A stretch of DNA of 64,000 nt from Lophium mytilinum (lineage: Eukaryota), in the NCBI GenBank assembly GCA_010093605.1, contig MU004184.1:692801-756800 (forward strand), written 5' to 3'. Shown here one piece after another: positions 34,402 through 46,247 of this stretch (within the stretch, counting starts at the first letter, position 1; every line of letters starts with the position of its first letter). The notes below the pieces were generated by a model. That model saw only the letters and a list, made by a program, of their open reading frames with translations. It made no database searches and was not told where the DNA came from. Position numbers and translations under genes: made by a program.

Positions 34402-34986
34402 ATGGCCAAACATGACCAGCACACGCTAACTACCGCCAGCATCGAAGGTACCGAACCTCCTTCAGTTCTCGTAGAAATGCACCGACTCGGAGAGACTAAG
34501 TATATTTCAGCCACCGAGAACTTCCTCGACAACTACTACGTGGCACTCCAAGGCTCCAGGCACACCATCGCATCCTACTTCTGTCCGTACGAGCGCTTCG
34601 CTGATGGCAAGGAGCTTCCGGGCATCGTCTGGAACGGCAGCGTCTTTCGCACCCCCGAAGAGTACCAAGCACTGTACGAGGACCGCATGCCCTACACACA
34701 CTACGAGGTACAATCCTTCGACTGCCATATTCTCAACCCGACGGCCATGCCACCAGAGAAGCTGAAAGGAGGAAGCGGAGACCCAGACAAGGATATCGAG
34801 AAGAGGATGAGCATCGTCGCGATGGTCAGCGGGACTGTGAGACTGAATGAACCAAAGACGGGCCCGTTGAAGCAGTTCAGCGAGACATTCGTGCTGGTGC
34901 CGAATCCTGAGAAGACGGCCAATGGACCAAAGTCCGGGGTGAAGGGTTGGATCGTCCAGAACATGAACTTCCGATTTGTTGTTTGA
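34402..34986 (+). CDS. NTF2-like nuclear export factor (NXT1/p15-like); probable 63-nt intron 34448-34510
   Basis: ATENFLDNYYVAL...IVWNG...THYEVQSFDCH...MVSGTV...FSETFVLVPN...QNMNFRFVV is an NTF2-fold pattern. Confidence 0.8.
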   Translation: MAKHDQHTLTTASIEGTEPPSVLVEMHRLGETKYISATENFLDNYYVALQGSRHTIASYFCPYERFADGKELPGIVWNGSVFRTPEEYQALYEDRMPYTHYEVQSFDCHILNPTAMPPEKLKGGSGDPDKDIEKRMSIVAMVSGTVRLNEPKTGPLKQFSETFVLVPNPEKTANGPKSGVKGWIVQNMNFRFVV

Positions 34987-35419
34987 GAGTATGCGATCGG
35001 ACGGGTTGGATGATCAATCAGCGGCGCACGGGGGACATGGAAGGATTAACGACGGAGTATAACATCCGGGCCCCATGTCTATTCGTTGGTACTAACAGTA
35101 TAATAGCATACATTTAACGACTCGAGCCTCAGTGTTCGCCCAATCACCCAATCAGACGATTAGAACGGAGAACAGCGACTTCCGCTTGTTCCACCCAAAT
35201 ATCTACTCGGTACCCTTAGCCTCCACTCACGAATATGTACGATCTTGAATGTGTTTCTATGGGGCTATGGTGATTGGCAATTGGAATCTAAGACTATAAT
35301 GAGGTTGGCAAAAGATGCACATATAGGCTGGGACCTGAACTACGAAAATAGAATGTGATACCTTATAGAGATATGGCAAGAAAAGTCGGCTATAGTAAGC
35401 AAGCGCCTAAGTTTCCATC

Positions 35420-36050
35420 AACACTGTCAAGCTCTCTTGAAAATGTATGCAGTCGTTGTCCACGAGTACGTGCGAAGTTAATCTTGAGAACCAATCCAAG
35501 GTCCACACGCTCTCTCCCCTAGGCTTTCCTGATCTTGCCTAGTACCGCTTGAGGCCCTCCAGTTCAACTTTCAGGACTAAAGAGCAACAGTCCTGGCAAG
35601 CCTAATAACCCCCCGGGCCACCTCAGACGGCATTGACGTGGTGTACACAGTTTCTCTACTTGTGTGTCTTTGCCTGCCACTGCTTAAGACCCTTCAGTAC
35701 ATTTTGTAAAATAGTAAAGCCGCAGTCCTGCAAGTCTGACAGCTCCTCGGGCCACCTCAGGCGGAGTTCAAGTAGTACACCCTTTTCCTAGGCGTGTGTA
35801 TCGTTGCTTGCCAATGCTTGAGGTCCTCCAGTACATTTCGTAAAACTGTAAAATAGTAGTCATGGCAAGTCTATCAGCCCCTCGGCCCACTTCAAAACCC
35901 GTTATAGTGGCGGACTATCTTTCTAGACATGTGTATCCGTGCTTGACCTTGCATGAGGTACGCCAGTACACTATGAGAAATTGAAAGCAACAGTCCTGGG
36001 AAGTCCGACACCTCCCCAAGCCACCTTGGACGGTGGTAGAATAAACTGCC
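35420..36050 (+). repeat. Degenerate 134-135-bp tandem array (4 clear copies + 1 decayed)
   Basis: Units start at about 35549, 35684, 35818 and 35953, sharing TGAGG..CCAGTACA, AGTCCTGGCAAG, GGCCACCTC and CTAG..GTGTGT blocks. Confidence 0.8.
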
Positions 36051-36460
36051 GTTCTACATTGAACAGGGCTTGACTGTTCATCATAAGGTATCTGTGTGAT
36101 ACAATTTCTCAGGATCTCTAAAACGTCTAGAAAGAAATCTAGGGCCACGGCTCGCACTTTGAAACTTTTCACACCCCTTTGCCGCCGCCTGGGGTGGACT
36201 AGCGGATTGACCAGTTGATCAAAACACCGAACTTCTATCTGATTCCGGACCTCGAAAGCCCTACGAAGCACGACTAACAGTGGTAGAAAGGTGAAGACGG
36301 ATCTGCAATCGGACTATCACGTGCGGGATTCACCATTTCACTTCATCGCCAGCTAGCCCCACCGGAGTCTTTAGTCATCAGCCAGCACGTCGCCGTCTTC
36401 AACTTCACCACTTCCGTTGCTACCTCTGCTTTCTTCACCCTCATCGCCAAATCATCCAAC

Positions 36461-38328
36461 ATGAGGTGCAACGAAAAAGGTAGCAGCCGCCACGCAGAGG
36501 TCCATATTGGAGTGGACGGCCCCACGGACCTACTTGACGAATACGGCGAGTTCGTCGCTGAGGATGGAGCCATTTGCTGCTTCGTGGGTGTGGATGTTGG
36601 CACCAAGCTCAGCATTGCCACCCATTTCATCGGAAAGACTACGTATCTCGCTACCGACGTCTTTATTGACGGGATTCTCCGCGCCACGAAGTTTGCAGCA
36701 TGCAGCGGAAAGCACAAGATGAATAAGAAGGATTCCATCAACACCTTCCTATTCCTACAAGCCGAGTCGAAGGAACTCCTACGAGAAACCAGCATTGAAG
36801 TCACTGCCATCCGATCTGACGTCGAACTCGGTCCCTTCAAGGAATGGGCTACTCAGAGTGTTGGTGTGATCGAAGTGCGCTTCTCAGCTTTGCGACAGGC
36901 AGGGGAGATCTACAAGGCCACAGATGTGACTTGGTTCAACGAAGCAGCCTCCTGGGTGGACGTCTATGGGCTCAAGGCAATGTATCCGAGCGTTGCTCCT
37001 GAGTACGAGCTTACGCCACGAGCGGAGGGTTCGCAAGACTACAACAAGACATCAACCATGACAAAGGTCAAGAAAGCACAGGTTGATCGTCCTGGTGACG
37101 GCAGCTGGGCCGTGTTCCGCTTCTACTACCGGTCTCAGCGTAAGAGAAGTTCCTTTCAAACGACGTCATAGCCTTTCACTAATCTATTGCGACAGAGTCT
37201 ATCGCGGCCGCCAAGATGGCAGTGAGCTACTCAACTGCCGATGAGGTCAAAGGCACCTCTCGCCCTCTAAGTAAACTCAAGTTTGTGGACGACTCGAAGA
37301 TTGAGGAACTTGCGCCTAAGGACGAATCAGCTGCAAGCAAAACCCCAGCCATGACGAAGAATCAAGTTCGTTCTAAGCCTAAGAGTCAGACCTCATCTGG
37401 AAACGACGCACCGAAGGTCTCTGCTCCACCTACAGCTAGCTCTAGTAGAAGTTCTGTGCAGCCTATGGAGACACAGCCGGGCTCTTTCGACACTGATGAG
37501 ATCCTCGCGAATCTAAGGAAGGAAGCTGACGAGACGAAAAAGGTTCGCCTTGAGTTGCAGAAGGTCGCAATCAGAGCTATGCGGAAGGAGACCGAACAGG
37601 AACCTGACCCAACCGCTGCAGGCGAAGCGTCTTCCAACATGTCTTCCACCAAACCTTCCCTCGAAGAAGCCGATGAGAGCGGAAAGATGACCGCCGAATC
37701 CGCCAAGTCCACCGAAGTCGACATGGTCAAACCCGATAAATCATTATTTGGCCCTTTCCCGGAGAACAAGAATCAGGACGAGAACATCGTGAACAAACAG
37801 CAGGACAAGCCCGTTCCGAACAAAGCTGCTCAGCCCAAGTCGACCACCAAGAAGCCCCACGGCCCTGCAAACGGTCAAATCAGCGATACCAAGAAGCGAG
37901 CCGATTCGAAGTCTCCAACCCGCAGCAAGGATCCCGAGCAAGCCAGACGCCCTGCCCCGATCGAGACCTCGGAACCCGGCTCGACTTCCACCCCGTCTGC
38001 ACCGGGTGGTAACCTCCCCAACGGCCCCCTGACGCCGTCAAAGCGTCCTGCTACACCCCCGAAAACACCTGCAGCCAAGCGCAGCAAGCCAGGCCCAACC
38101 ACCGAGGAGCACGAGTCTCTTGATGCCGAGCTCGTGGCAGCTAGGGAGAAGCTGCTTGCAGCACGACATAGGAGGGAGGAGGTCGAGAAGCGAAAGGAGG
38201 AGGCTAGACGCTTCGCAGAGAAGAAGAAGGAACTGGACAACCTCATGGAAGAGATACAGAAAGAGGAGAAAATGGCAATGGAGGCTGAAATGGAGGAAGG
38301 AGAATGGGATTTTGAGGTGGTGGAGTAG
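36461..38328 (+). CDS. Hypothetical protein: N-terminal beta-rich fungal domain (DVFIDG...FRFYYRS) + low-complexity linker + C-terminal coiled coil; intron 37140-37195
   Basis: GTAAGA..CACTAAT..CAG intron joins the 236-aa and 370-aa ORFs in frame. Confidence 0.75.
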
Positions 38329-38826
38329 GCTTTGAGATCATTCTGGAGGTGCCATTATGCAGCGGTCTAGGATGTCAAAATTTGGAGGCTTCAAGCTGGG
38401 ATCGTGGATGGAGGTTATTAGGAGGGTATATGGTGGCTTCAATGAGGTCGAGGACAGGGAAATTGGATGGTACTTGGCGTTTGATTTCAGATTGCTCGAT
38501 TGTGGAGATCTTCTGGCGCGCTATCTTCTGATACGCTTCCGGTAGGTCTTCCGCGTCTGAGCGCGAAGTGAACTGCCACAGTTTGCCTCCTTTTTCTTCT
38601 CTTTACGAATGCTCCGGGCATGTCAAATAGGCACATTGCTTCAATGATAGGAGTACATTATACCAAACACTGACACTCTAGACTGTGATAGTGCACTAAG
38701 CGTGGTCATGTTGATTGCTGCATAACGCTCAACAATACTACTAAGAACTCCGTTTCATCGCTCGCTTTCCCTTCAAACAGATAAAAATGAACCATTCTGG
38801 GCCGAAAGTGATATGCATTGCTCCCA

Positions 38827-39338
38827 TCATGGGCGAGGCGGTGGTCGCATATTAGCCTTCACGCGCTCCACAAGCTCAGCCGACGTGGCCAACGGATTCG
38901 GGTGGAGTTTGCGCTTGACGCTGTCAGAAAGTTCTCGAGGTATTAGATACGTGACAGAAACTTACATTATTGAGCCACCGACGGCACTCTTCTGATGTCC
39001 AGTTCTCTGGCTCTGTAGGGAAGGTTAGAAATGAGCGAAGAAGGTACATAGACAGAAGACAATGACGTACCACCCGTAGGATCTGGCTGCGCAGGGAAGA
39101 TATCACTGGGGCCCCAGATACTCCATGCAGCGACTGCGGTCACAATAGCGGCAAATGCTGGTAGAAGTTAGATATGGTAGTAAGATGGAGACGACTTGGT
39201 GGCGAATACCAATGAATGGGCTCTAAAAGTAAACATTAGCAAGAACGTAAGAATAAGGTGAACTGAATGACTGGATACAGAAAAGCTTAGGCTATAGCAT
39301 ACCTTAGCCTGGGTAGCACGATCAAGAGGTGTCGGCAT
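38827..39338 (-). CDS. Small single-pass membrane protein (about 75 aa) with a C-terminal helical motif; 5 exons (39338-39303, 39222-39210, 39157-39071, 39012-38966, 38913-38827)
   Basis: Manual splicing gives MPTPLDRATQAKSPFIAFAAIVTAVAAWSIWGPSDIFPAQPDPTGEPENWTSEECRRWLNNRKLHPNPLATSAELVERVKANMRPPPRP*; all introns are GT..AG. Absent from the ORF track as a unit. Confidence 0.8.
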
Positions 39339-39683
39339 TGTTCTTTGCTTCTGGCTGCTTGATGTTGGAGGTGGCGCGCGATGCAGTTTCAGACGCGCGA
39401 AAGCTTTATCTTCAGAGTTCCTCACTTTCCAGAGAATTATCAAAAGGACGAGAGTTTCGCATAGGATTCCAGGCAGAAAGGTACGGATGATGTTGCAAGC
39501 TGGCCGCAACTCATATGGCCGTCGTCACCTTCCACGTGATATCGAGCTTAACTACGGCCCGCTCTAGCGGGGAGGTTCCTGTAGTCTACCGTTGCAGCAA
39601 GCGAATTATCGCATTTGAATTTCGCACCTCCACATTCGAGGATCCTTACGACAAACAAGCGGCACCTCACAACAACCGCCAAC

Positions 39684-40207
39684 ATGCCTTCAGAAATCTC
39701 GGACCTCAAGCAGTTCATCGAGATCTGCCGCCGCAAGGACGCAAAGTGTGAGTCTTGCCGCCCAGCCCAGACCTTCCTTCGCCCCGCCGAAGCCTCGTTT
39801 TTGTGGGGAGCACGGATTTCTTCAAACTATGGCGGGAGCGGCTCAATGGATGATACGAGCAATACTCTGGATGATATGTTTGAATAGGGTTGCTAACGAA
39901 TGTCTGTAAATAGCGGCGCGCATAAAGAAGAACAAGAAGAGCAACCAAGTCAAGTTCAAGGTCCGGTGCAGTCGATACCTCTACACACACGTCGTCAAGG
40001 ATGCTGGTCGCGCAGAAAAGCTGAAGCAGAGCTTCCCCCCTGGTACGAACACTCACAGCATATACCCATTCGCCGATTCGGAAAGACTTGAGAAGTGGAT
40101 AACGCGGCGCAATGGGAACGATAAATTGGATAATGGCTGATGATTGTGTTGCAGGACTCCTAGTTACCGAGGTCGCCAAGAAGAACCCCAAGGGCAAGAG
40201 GGCGTAG
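39684..40207 (+). CDS. RPL38: 60S ribosomal protein eL38; exons 39684-39747, 39914-40042, 40155-40207
   Basis: [28 protein letters not shown]...[13 protein letters not shown]...[12 protein letters not shown]. Confidence 0.96.
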
Positions 40208-40438
40208 ATGGGCAACGAAGGATGGAGATGCATTGCTGAAGGCAGAGGGCAGGGTGTTTCTTTGGCTTCATTTCACGGCATGGAATACGGGAAAACGGCG
40301 ACATGAACACGTTTTCGGACAGTTTCGTGAGCGGAATTCAATCAATGGGTCCCTTCATGAAACTCTAGTCGTCTATCTCGTGAATGAGGTGTTCTCGTGA
40401 AACATAACGCAGATCCCCCGGATCCGACTGCCCTACTT

Positions 40439-41647
40439 CTAGACCTTGAATTTGTACTCGTCCTTGCGATCCAGGTATACTACCTTCGAACTCAGCCCGG
40501 CCTCTTCGACAGCTTTTTTGAAGTCGGAAAGGGGAGACGCGAAAAGGTCGTAGTCACTGAAGAGTTATTAGCATGGCGGAGAAGTGTTGCTCATGAACCA
40601 GCTTACTCATAGTGTATTGGAATCGTGACCTCCGGCTCAATCAATTGTATTAGCTCGACTCCCTGCTTCGCATCCATGGTCACCATCAATAATGGTACTG
40701 CTAGCGACGGGATAGTAGTTCCACCGAGGTGTATCAACATGAGGTCAATGCTCTGATCCTTGTATCGCTCGTGGATCTCTTTCAACTCATCCACCATCAG
40801 AGTGTCGCCGGACACATAGATCCTGCCCGAGTCAGCCATGATGTAACTCGCACTCTGACTGTCTCACCTGTAAGCATTTTCAAAGCTCTCCGAATCACTG
40901 GCGCTTCGGTATCCCAGTTCAATCATCCATCCATTTGTCGGAGGAACCTTTCTGAGTCAGCACAAACAAGTCCATCATACATCCTCGAAGTACGAACGGC
41001 TTTCAGAAGGTTGTTTGCAGCAGACAATAGCCCTGGTTTGACGTGCTGCCCCGGCATCCCAGTGACTTTTATACCAGGCTTTCTTCCAGCACGAATGGAA
41101 CCTGTCTCGATGTCCAGCATCAAGCTCTGGAAGAAATCCAAAGCATGAACCTCGCTGAACGAGTCTTCACCTTTGGATTGAAGACAGCTTTTGGCATGTG
41201 GAGTCGTGACGATTGGTAGATCACGTCGCAGGGACTCCTCTACTTTCTGATCAAAGTGGTCGCCGTGGTAGTGAGAGAGGAGCACAACGTCAATCCGGGG
41301 AAGGTCGTGGAGGTCCACAGCTGGGTTCGTGATTCGCTCTGCAGATACTCCCGGGCCTAAATGGACGTGCTCGCCGGCGTGCAAGAAGTTGGGATCGGTC
41401 ATAACACGGATACCTTCCCATTCTCTACTAGTGTATTAGACGGGAACGATGGAAGTCGAAGAATGCTTCGCATTGTTTACAATATGGTGGTGGCAGTTCC
41501 CACGAAGAACAAACTCGCAGTTTCGCCGCCAGGACTAGTTGGATGAAGTTTGGTTTCTTTCGCTTTGGGAAGACTTGTCGAATGTGCTTTGCGGTCCCTA
41601 GTGGGAGCCTCTTCTTTCCTCGGATCGACGTAAAGGTGTTTCATCAT
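40439..41647 (-). CDS. Metallo-beta-lactamase-fold hydrolase (multi-exon)
   Basis: FFVGTATT, MTDPNF, LLSHYHGDHFD (HxHxDH), IYVSGDT, IHLGG and IPIHY motifs; last exon ends DEYKFKV*. Confidence 0.88.
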
Positions 41648-42141
41648 GGTGGAAAACAGAGTGACTAGCGTAAATATTGCAGCAAGGCAAACAATTGAAC
41701 ATAGAAGAGAAGAAGAAGCGGAAGGGTTCACAGAAGGCTTCGGTAAAAAAGGCCATGTCGTCACTGGTGGTAATGATTCGGGGCTTGTGATGCAAGGCAG
41801 AGGCGGACGAGTGATCTATGTGTAGGTAGAACTCAGGAAGCTGGGACCCCGCCAATATGACTGCCATCTCACGCCAGCACCATCGCGGCACTGCCTGGAA
41901 GGGATGACGAAGCTTGGGACGAGATACCTCGATTTGATGGAAGCGCGGATGCAGGAACCATGGGTTGCGGAGATGTTGAACCCCTGACAGCCAAGGAAGC
42001 ACCACTGACTACGTCTTACCCTTAGTCGCATAAACCATGAACAACTGTCAACTTCATCGCCCTACTGTGCAGCTAATATCCTCACTCTCTTAGTAACCAT
42101 TACTCCCCGTAGCCTCACCTCAGCCTCTCCGCCCTCCGGGC

Positions 42142-44504
42142 ATGAACACCAGGGACCCTTTCAATCTCCGACCTGGATCCACTGCCTTCAACCTCCTCCA
42201 GCACAGCGCCGCGCGTGCCGCGACCTACACTCGCCAGGCGGGCCAACAAGCCCTCGAGGCCGGCAAGCAGGCCCTCGAAGACACCGGCATCGCAGACGGC
42301 ATGTCGTTCGCTGTCCCGCGCAACGTGCCCACATTCAACGATCCCAACGGCGTCCGCCGGCTCGAAGACTCGGTCTGGGGTAGCTCGGGGCAATCGCGCT
42401 TCGGAGGGAATGTGGGCGAGGCAATATCAGGCGTATTTGGCGAAAAAGGGCTGCCGATGTACAAGGACAAGCCATATAATTATGGGACGTCGATGAGGAA
42501 GCCGAAGTGGTTTCGGAGGAAACGGGCACCAGGGACTGTCTTTTTTCTAATAATAGCTTACTTCTACTGGTTCGGCTGGCCGTGGTCTGGAGGGGATGCC
42601 AACAAGAAGGGAAACGGTGGTGGGAGATCGTGGGGTTTCTTTTCAGCAGTGGAAGAAAAGGTGGATTGGGACGAGAGGCAGGAGAGTGTGAAGGACGCGT
42701 TCAAGTTGAGCTGGAAGGCATATGAAGATCATGGATGGGGTACGTTATTCCTATTTTCATCCCACAGCCGACGTTCATTCTACAGAATCTAATTAACCAA
42801 TGATCAGGCTATGACGAATACCATCCCAGCTCCAAGTCAGGTCGGCACATGGCGACGGGCGGACTGGGCTGGATTATCGTCGATGCTTTGGACACCATGA
42901 TGCTGATGAATCTGACAAGGGAGCTTGGACATGCCCGTCAATGGATATCGACTAGCCTCACCTACGACAAGGACCAAGACGTCAACACATTCGAAACGAC
43001 TATACGCATGCTGGGCGGTCTGCTGTCGGCGCACTACTTGCAAGGGATTCTTCCCGGGATGAAACCTGCGGAGGACTCAACTGACGAGGATTTGTATCTG
43101 GAGAAAGCCAGCGATCTCGCAGATCGACTACTATCAGCGTACGAGTCAAATTCTGGTGTTCCATTTGCTAGCGTCAATCTCAAGACGATGAAGGGGATCC
43201 CATCGCATGCTGATGGCGGTGCCTCATCTACTGCAGAAGCAACAAGTCTTCAGCTTGAGATGAAATATCTTGCCTACTTGACCGGAGAGGCAACGTACTG
43301 GGAGAAGGCAGAGAAGGTCATGAAAGTCGTGGATGACAACGGTGCTAGAGACGGGCTCTTGCCTATCTTCATTTACGCGGATCAGGGTACCTTCAGAAGC
43401 AATGAGATTCGTCTTGGAAGTCGTGGAGACTCGTACTACGGTAGGACCATGGTGCTGCTCTCTCAACATGCTGGCTAATTTAATTCTAGAATATCTCATC
43501 AAGCAGTACTATCAAACTGCGAAACAAGAACCCATCTATCTTGAGATGTGGGAGGAGGCTCTCGCCGGTGTCCGCAAGCATCTAATCACGTATTCTCAGC
43601 CGTCGAATTTCACTATTCTGGCTGAACGCCCGAGCGGGCTCAGTGGCCATATTTCTCCAAAAATGGACCATCTAGTTTGTTTTATGCCAGGCACCATCGC
43701 GCTGGGCGCTACCGGAGGCTTGACCGTAGAGGAGGCTAAGAAGCTACCGTCTTGGGGCACCAAGCAGGAAGAAGAGATGGAGCTTGCAACCGAATTGATG
43801 AAGACATGCTGGGGCATGTACAAAGTTACGGCTACTGGCCTGGCGCCAGAAATCGCCCACTTCAACATCTACGACCCGCCTCAAATGATGCGGCACGGGA
43901 TTCTGAAGGGCCCGGAAACTCTCGATCCAGCCGACGATGCTGATTGGAAACAGGACTATATCCTCAAGCCTGCTGATACGCACAATCTGCAGCGCCCGGA
44001 GACTGTCGAAAGTCTTTTCTATATGTGGCGTATCACCGGAGACGAGAAGTACAGGAATTGGGGCTGGGAAATGTTCCAATCGTTCGTGAAACACACGCTT
44101 CTCGAAGACGGGGCTGGGTTCAGCAGTATTGGTGACGTCACCCAGATTCCGCCGCCATCGAGGGATAATATGGAGAGCTTTTGGCTGGTATGTACTCGTT
44201 CTCTCTTTACTACTTGAGATCTTGCTGACTTCCTAATGCGTAGGCCGAAACTCTGAAATACTTTTATCTTCTATTTGGCCCCAACGATGTCCTCCCCCTC
44301 ACCGAAGTCGTCCTAAACACCGAAGCTCATCCGCTGCCTGTCTTCCAACCCGATAAGAAGAGATTCAAGACGGGGTGGACGCGTATCCCTAGAGATCCGA
44401 ACGGGAACTTGCATCCGCCAGAAAAGACAGCGGAGGAGCCAAAGAAAGAAGTCACGAAAACCGTGCGCGTTGAATCTGCAGTCGCGTCGGAAAGCGCTAT
44501 ATGA
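42142..44504 (+). CDS. MNS1: Class I alpha-1,2-mannosidase (GH47), type II membrane protein; 4 exons
   Basis: N-terminal TM segment, then [78 protein letters not shown] and NTEAHP. Confidence 0.93.
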
Positions 44505-45079
44505 GGTTCTCGATGCTGTTTTAAAAAAGGAGCAATGTTTGTACACCACAGCTACCGTAAGCCATTTGCATAAGGATGGCGTATATAATGCATTTGGATT
44601 GCATAATACCCTTCGGAGTCCGTGAAAGGCTTCGAGGCTGTGAGATTCAGGTACTGTAGCATAGTGTAATCTCTGCATCAAAAGCATGAACGTCGCTCAT
44701 CTGCCGTCATTCGATCTCACCATATTATCAAATCCTAAGACGTCGTGCTTTTTGATGTCTTTTTTAACATTCGTCACGTGATCATCATCTGCTCTAGACT
44801 GTTCCTTTTCACGTGCCAAGGAAGCACATTTCTCTCTCTACGAAAGCCAGGGAGCATTTTCAGTGGCAGGTTATAAGTCTGTGCCCATCATTTTGCCAGT
44901 TATATGGGTGCCCTCGTAGGGATTCCACTACGTAGGCAGCATGTCAAGTTTCAGAGAGTTTAGATCTTGGGATACACTCAAAAGTAAGAGCTGAGGTCAT
45001 AAGTCAATGCTAGGACATCAGCCATATAAGCGTCTTCGCCCAGATCCTACCCCGCAGATGACATTCCCGCTATCGACTT

Positions 45080-46247
45080 CTACTCCTCCATTCCTTCCGC
45101 CGGATTCCCCGGATTTTCTAGCTTTATTCCCTCTGCCTCAATATACTGGAAGAAAACTATCATCCGATCGTCCAGGCCCTCCCACCGCGAATAGACTTGA
45201 CGACACTTATACAAGGCCGCTTCGTACTCCACTCTGCTCCAGCCCTCCCGCAGGAAATTCGCCTGCATCTTCTCGAGCGTTAGGGTCATTAACTCCGGCA
45301 TCTCGAATGCGGCCGCCGCACCAAAGAGCAGGATGTGGTGGTGTAGAGGCGAATTGTACGAAGAGCGGGCGCCGTTGCTGCTGCGAGAAGCGGAATTAGC
45401 CGACGCGGCTGGGTCGCGGTCTGAGTAGTCGCCTGAGTACGCGAACTCGAGACAGCTCTCGATGATGGTAGGAGTATGGTCGGAGATCGTGCAGCTACCG
45501 CCAGGCTAGAGAGGAGCATCGTTAGTGAGTCAATCCAAAGCTGTCACCGGGAAGATGGCAAGCTTACTGTTAAGTCCTGCGGAAGTAAACCTCTCGCGCG
45601 CGTGGTAATGATGTTAAGGTGGACGTTCCATTCTATGCCTGCACATCGGATGCTGTAGTCGCTATACGTGCCATTGTGGAGAAGCTTCAAGAGCTGGTCT
45701 CTGGGAAGACTATCAGACTATGGTAGGACGAACATCTTTGGGAGGTGGCTTACTTGCTAATGGTGCTCGATTGCTGCTGCGTCTTCATCCCGGACGCAGT
45801 GTGTGCCTTCTTACGCCTTCCCACATCTTCTGAGGGTTCCTCTCGCTCACGCTTCTTCCCGCGCGAATGCTCTCCCCCAAACAATGTAGGCTGATATGCA
45901 TTCTGCTGGGCCCCAGTCAAGCTAGATGACGACTCATTGAGAGAAGGGAGAGTGGGATATGCTACGTTGCCACCAACGCTCGGAGCGGAAGGGGTATGAG
46001 CAGCGGTTGGAGTGATCGCGGCGTCCAGCATCTCTACGCTACCACTGGTATCACGGTGAGTAGAGGGACCAGATGTAGCGGCCGAGAAAGTCGTAGAAGT
46101 CGGTTCCGCAGATGCAGCGGTATCCCCAGGTATGGGGTTTGTGCGCGAATGACCAGACATAGACTTATCGCCATCCGAGTCTGAGTCCAAGTCTGACCAG
46201 TAGTAGTCGTCGAACCCGTAGGTGAGCCCGACGTTTTCGAAGCCCAT
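45080..46247 (-). CDS. BTB/POZ-domain protein (3 exons)
   Basis: Exon 2 LLHNGTYSDYSIRCAGIEWNVHLNIIT and exon 3 ISDHTPTIIESCLEFAYSGDY...HILLFGAAAAFEMPELMTL follow the fungal BTB pattern; introns start GTAAGC. Confidence 0.75.

Noticed and set aside
39748..40154. Intronic snoRNAs in RPL38 (and the RPL24 introns)
   Set aside because: TGAT/CTGA words occur, but no properly ordered box C/D pair with a terminal stem was found.
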